A stretch of DNA of 38,876 nucleotides from positions 1-38,876 of IMG/VR virus record IMGVR_UViG_3300014656_006087. One strand, given 5' to 3'. A program made the position numbers and the translations under genes. Below the pieces are notes generated by a model. That model saw nothing but the letters and a program-made list of their open reading frames with translations. It was not told the DNA's origin and searched no databases. The stretch is from a virus. Lineage: Duplodnaviria; Caudoviricetes. This document shows positions 36,309 through 38,876 of this stretch, piece after piece (the first letter of the stretch is position 1; each line of letters starts with the position of its first letter).

Positions 36309-36512
36309 CTAGTTGGGCGCGTCGGCCTGTTTCATCTCGCGAGGCCGCCAGCCTTCTCCATCCATCCTGTTGGCTATGGCCTCAATGTCTTCGGCCTGGA
36401 GGGTCAGCAGCAGGGCAAGCCCACCCTGTTCGTCCGGCAGGCCTTCCGCAGTAGTGCGCAGGGCCTCGACGTGGGCGAACAGCCTGGCGAGGGGTTCTGT
36501 TTCAACGTGCAT
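36309..36512 (-). CDS. Hypothetical protein
   Basis: GGAG RBS, overlaps upstream ORF, ends before terminator. Confidence 0.6.
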   Translation of the reverse strand: MHVETEPLARLFAHVEALRTTAEGLPDEQGGLALLLTLQAEDIEAIANRMDGEGWRPREMKQADAPN

Positions 36513-36750
36513 GGGAGGGCTCCTCCCTACGGAGCGCGGCGCGCATGCGCTCCATATCGCCGGTCAGCCAGGCGAGCTGCTTGTGCAGGTGGTCGAGTGC
36601 TTCGGCCTTTGGTTCGCCGGAACGGACAGCAGTGCGAACAATTTCTGCGGCTGTCCAGCACTCTTGCGCCAGCTCATACAGATCGTTGGCGGTCCGATCC
36701 AAACCGGCGACCACGGCAAAGGCATCCGGGTATACGGTGTCGGTGCTCAT
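36502..36750 (-). CDS. Hypothetical protein
   Basis: ATGA-coupled to the Bro-N gene, GGAGG RBS. Confidence 0.65.
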   Translation of the reverse strand: MSTDTVYPDAFAVVAGLDRTANDLYELAQECWTAAEIVRTAVRSGEPKAEALDHLHKQLAWLTGDMERMRAALRREEPSHAR

Positions 36751-37715
36751 GCCCGCCCCTCCCCGTTGGGTTCGGTTTCCGGACGCGTGCCGCGCGCGGT
36801 GGGACTGTCTCCCCAATCGTCCGATATCGGGCTCGTGTTAAGGTAGAACACCCAGCATTTTACCGGTTTGCCAGCGTGAGGGCTGCGCATGGTCTTGTTG
36901 ACGGCGGCCAGCTTGCGCGGGTAGCTGCGCCGCAGAAGCCGCCGTAGCTCCGCACCGTTGAAGGCGAACAGCCCGAAGGTCTGCGAGGCGCGCAGGAACT
37001 GCGGCAGGTTCACGGCCAGCAGGCCCGGCGAGCGGGAGTGGTTGAGCCAGCCGGGCGCGTCCCCGTCCGGGCCGGGCTCGGTGTTGAGCAGGTCGAACTG
37101 CTTCCAGAAGGCGGAGACCAGCTCCGGCTCGAACAGCTCGCCGTTGGTGAAGGCCTCGTACAGCCGCACGGACTTCTGGCTTACCCGGCGGCCCTTGCAC
37201 AGCAGGACGTCGTTTTGCTCCAGCACGAAGCGCACGGCGGCCAGCACCGCACCAGCGGGCTCTTCCTCCCCTGCGAGGCCGAAGCGCAAGAGCACCTGGG
37301 ACAGCAGCGCGGCGCGCGGCATTTCCGTCAGCATGGCCCACACGGCCACCAGCTCGCGCAGTTGCTCCATGCTGGCCGAGGCCGGGCCTGCCGCGTAGCT
37401 GCCTGTCTTGCGCAGGCTGGGCAGTACCTCTGCCGTGACCCACTTGCGGAAGCGCTTGGCCTCCGGCTTGCGGGAGCGGAAGACCAGGCTGTAGAGGCCG
37501 GACTCGGAGACGGTGGACATCTCCTGGGGGCCGCCAAGGGTGTCCATAGTATGGACCCCCTTTTCGTCATCATCCAAGAGGGCGGTGCTCGTTCTTGGAT
37601 TCTCCAGACCGAGCACGTTGCACACGTCCTTGGCCACGAACCACGGCTCGCCGTCGGCGTCCGCGCGCACGCGCACCAGGGAATCCTCAAATGCGAAGGG
37701 CAGAAGTTCAGACAT
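36747..37715 (-). CDS. Bro-N domain antirepressor-like protein fused to a primase C-terminal-like domain
   Basis: PWFVAKDVC..LG, SESGLYSLVFRSRKPEAKRFRKWVT.EVLPSLRKTGSY; C-terminus aligns by eye to the 8875-11580 product. Confidence 0.88.
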   Translation of the reverse strand: MSELLPFAFEDSLVRVRADADGEPWFVAKDVCNVLGLENPRTSTALLDDDEKGVHTMDTLGGPQEMSTVSESGLYSLVFRSRKPEAKRFRKWVTAEVLPSLRKTGSYAAGPASASMEQLRELVAVWAMLTEMPRAALLSQVLLRFGLAGEEEPAGAVLAAVRFVLEQNDVLLCKGRRVSQKSVRLYEAFTNGELFEPELVSAFWKQFDLLNTEPGPDGDAPGWLNHSRSPGLLAVNLPQFLRASQTFGLFAFNGAELRRLLRRSYPRKLAAVNKTMRSPHAGKPVKCWVFYLNTSPISDDWGDSPTARGTRPETEPNGEGRA

Positions 37716-37767
37716 GAAGGGCTCCTGTTGAATTTACGATTGACCCCATGCCCTACGATAGGCAAGG

Positions 37768-37841
37768 GCCGGGTGCTCGTAACCGCAACAGGCCGGTTGG
37801 GTATTTCCCCTCGCGGGTCTTGTATTTCCCCAACACCCGGC
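37768..37841 (-). ncRNA. C4-like antisense RNA, copy 2
   Basis: 74 nt closed by GCCGGGTG/CACCCGGC; CCTGTTGC and GTTACGA complementary to boxes at 37910-37931 and 37724-37739. Confidence 0.78.
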
Positions 37842-37849
37842 TGATAGCC

Positions 37850-37973
37850 GAGGACTTTCCAGGGGGCTGGAAAGCAAAAATCCCACAAGGTCTGACGGGT
37901 GTGGGGCCGCCTGTTGCTAAAGGAGTTACGAACTCCTGTAGGGCTGTCTGCCCTAGGACGGAACATGTGTCAA
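37850..37973 (-). promoter_or_regulatory. Promoter and a1/b1-like leader of C4 cassette 2
   Basis: TTGACA at 37968-37973, TAGGGC-N5-GCCCTA at 37939-37955, same architecture as copy 1. Confidence 0.7.
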
Positions 37974-38015
37974 GGGGGATCAATTTGGTCCCCCCCCCAT
38001 TTTTTGTCAGCGCTC

Positions 38016-38876
38016 TCAACGTTTTGGTTTGGCGGTGACGGAGAAGCTGCTGGCCTTCTTTTCGGAGGTCAGGACAAGGCCCCCCGCATCATAGCTCCCG
38101 GTAGCCTCCCCTTTCCTGAACAGCCCAGCAACAGCTTTGTCCGTACCTGCCTCGCCCTCTGGAACCAAGGCGGAGATGACGGCCATGACCATGCCGAGCT
38201 GGGCCTTGCGGCGCGGGCTATCACGGTCGGCCTCAAGGGGCATTTCGGCGTAGACAGCTGTGAGCATTCCGCCGACCTCCTCAAAGCGCAGCGCCCCGGT
38301 TCTCTCCTTGCCCACCGTGGCCGAGTAGCTGAAGAATGTTTCTTTTGCCAGAGGCTGGAGCTTTGCGGCGGCCAGGGCCTCGTTGACCTTGCCGATGAAG
38401 GCGGTCGTGGTCATCCCCAGGTGCGGCGGGAGCGGCATCTTTTCGCCCCCGATTGCACGATTGATGGCCGCGTAATCGACGGAAGGCGGCGATGCTGGCG
38501 CGTTTGAAATGCCCAGGGCATTGCCGTTTGCCGAGTACACATTTCCATCCTTGACCCACCACGCGGCACCGTTGCCGGAGAGCACGGCCTTGCCGCCGTA
38601 GAGGTCTGCGACATCGGTCGGCCCCATCGTGCCGCCGGTGCGGAGGCTCTTTTCAACGGCTGACCTGGTGGGCATGTCCTTTGAGTCCTTCATGCCCATC
38701 CAGAGCCCGCCGATCAGGAAGATGGCGACAAAGGCCAGGCAGCCAAGCCGCATAGTTTTCCGTTGTTGGACGGCGGACGCGACATGCTCGGCTGTGATCG
38801 GCGCTCCGCATTTCGGGCACGTCGAGGCCTCGCTGGATATGGACTTCTTGCACTCCGGGCACTGGATCAACGCCAT
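38016..38876 (-). CDS. Zinc-ribbon, single-TM membrane protein (moron-like)
   Basis: CPEC...CPKC, one TM helix (LGCLAFVAIFLIGGLWM), large C-terminal domain. Confidence 0.75.
   Translation of the reverse strand: MALIQCPECKKSISSEASTCPKCGAPITAEHVASAVQQRKTMRLGCLAFVAIFLIGGLWMGMKDSKDMPTRSAVEKSLRTGGTMGPTDVADLYGGKAVLSGNGAAWWVKDGNVYSANGNALGISNAPASPPSVDYAAINRAIGGEKMPLPPHLGMTTTAFIGKVNEALAAAKLQPLAKETFFSYSATVGKERTGALRFEEVGGMLTAVYAEMPLEADRDSPRRKAQLGMVMAVISALVPEGEAGTDKAVAGLFRKGEATGSYDAGGLVLTSEKKASSFSVTAKPKR

Larger units (their letters stand above)
4877..38876. mobile_element. P2/HP1-like temperate myovirus prophage (right end outside window)
   Basis: Integrase at att, immunity switch, gpQ/P/O/N/M/L head module, sheath/tube/tape measure/baseplate, ogr. 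Confidence 0.93.

Overview
Two mobile elements sit in tandem around a tRNA-Ser-like 3'-end fragment (att, 4877-4905). The host is probably a Desulfovibrionaceae-like bacterium (inferred from the DdeI-type R-M genes and high GC). Left (1-4876) is the end of a genomic island with a P4-family integrase, a low-GC DdeI-like type II R-M pair (CTNAG), and a second tyrosine-recombinase-fold gene plus a small partner that may be a mobilization module. Right (4877-38876, continuing beyond the window) is a near-complete P2/HP1-like myovirus prophage: integrase, early genes, P4-alpha-like primase-helicase, cII/cox/repressor switch, tail, lysis, head, terminase, portal, ogr, hicAB, a Bro-N operon and a membrane-protein moron. 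Most notable signals: (1) two diverged C4-like antisense-RNA cassettes whose antisense and target boxes co-vary, giving two apparently orthogonal switches; (2) one controls a Bro-N protein whose C-terminus is a paralog of the phage primase C-terminal domain; (3) the other controls an unknown ORF that appears to have replaced a DNA methyltransferase; (4) the prophage is almost devoid of CTNAG sites, the predicted target of the neighbouring R-M system. Family assignments come from motif recognition and recall, not database searches.
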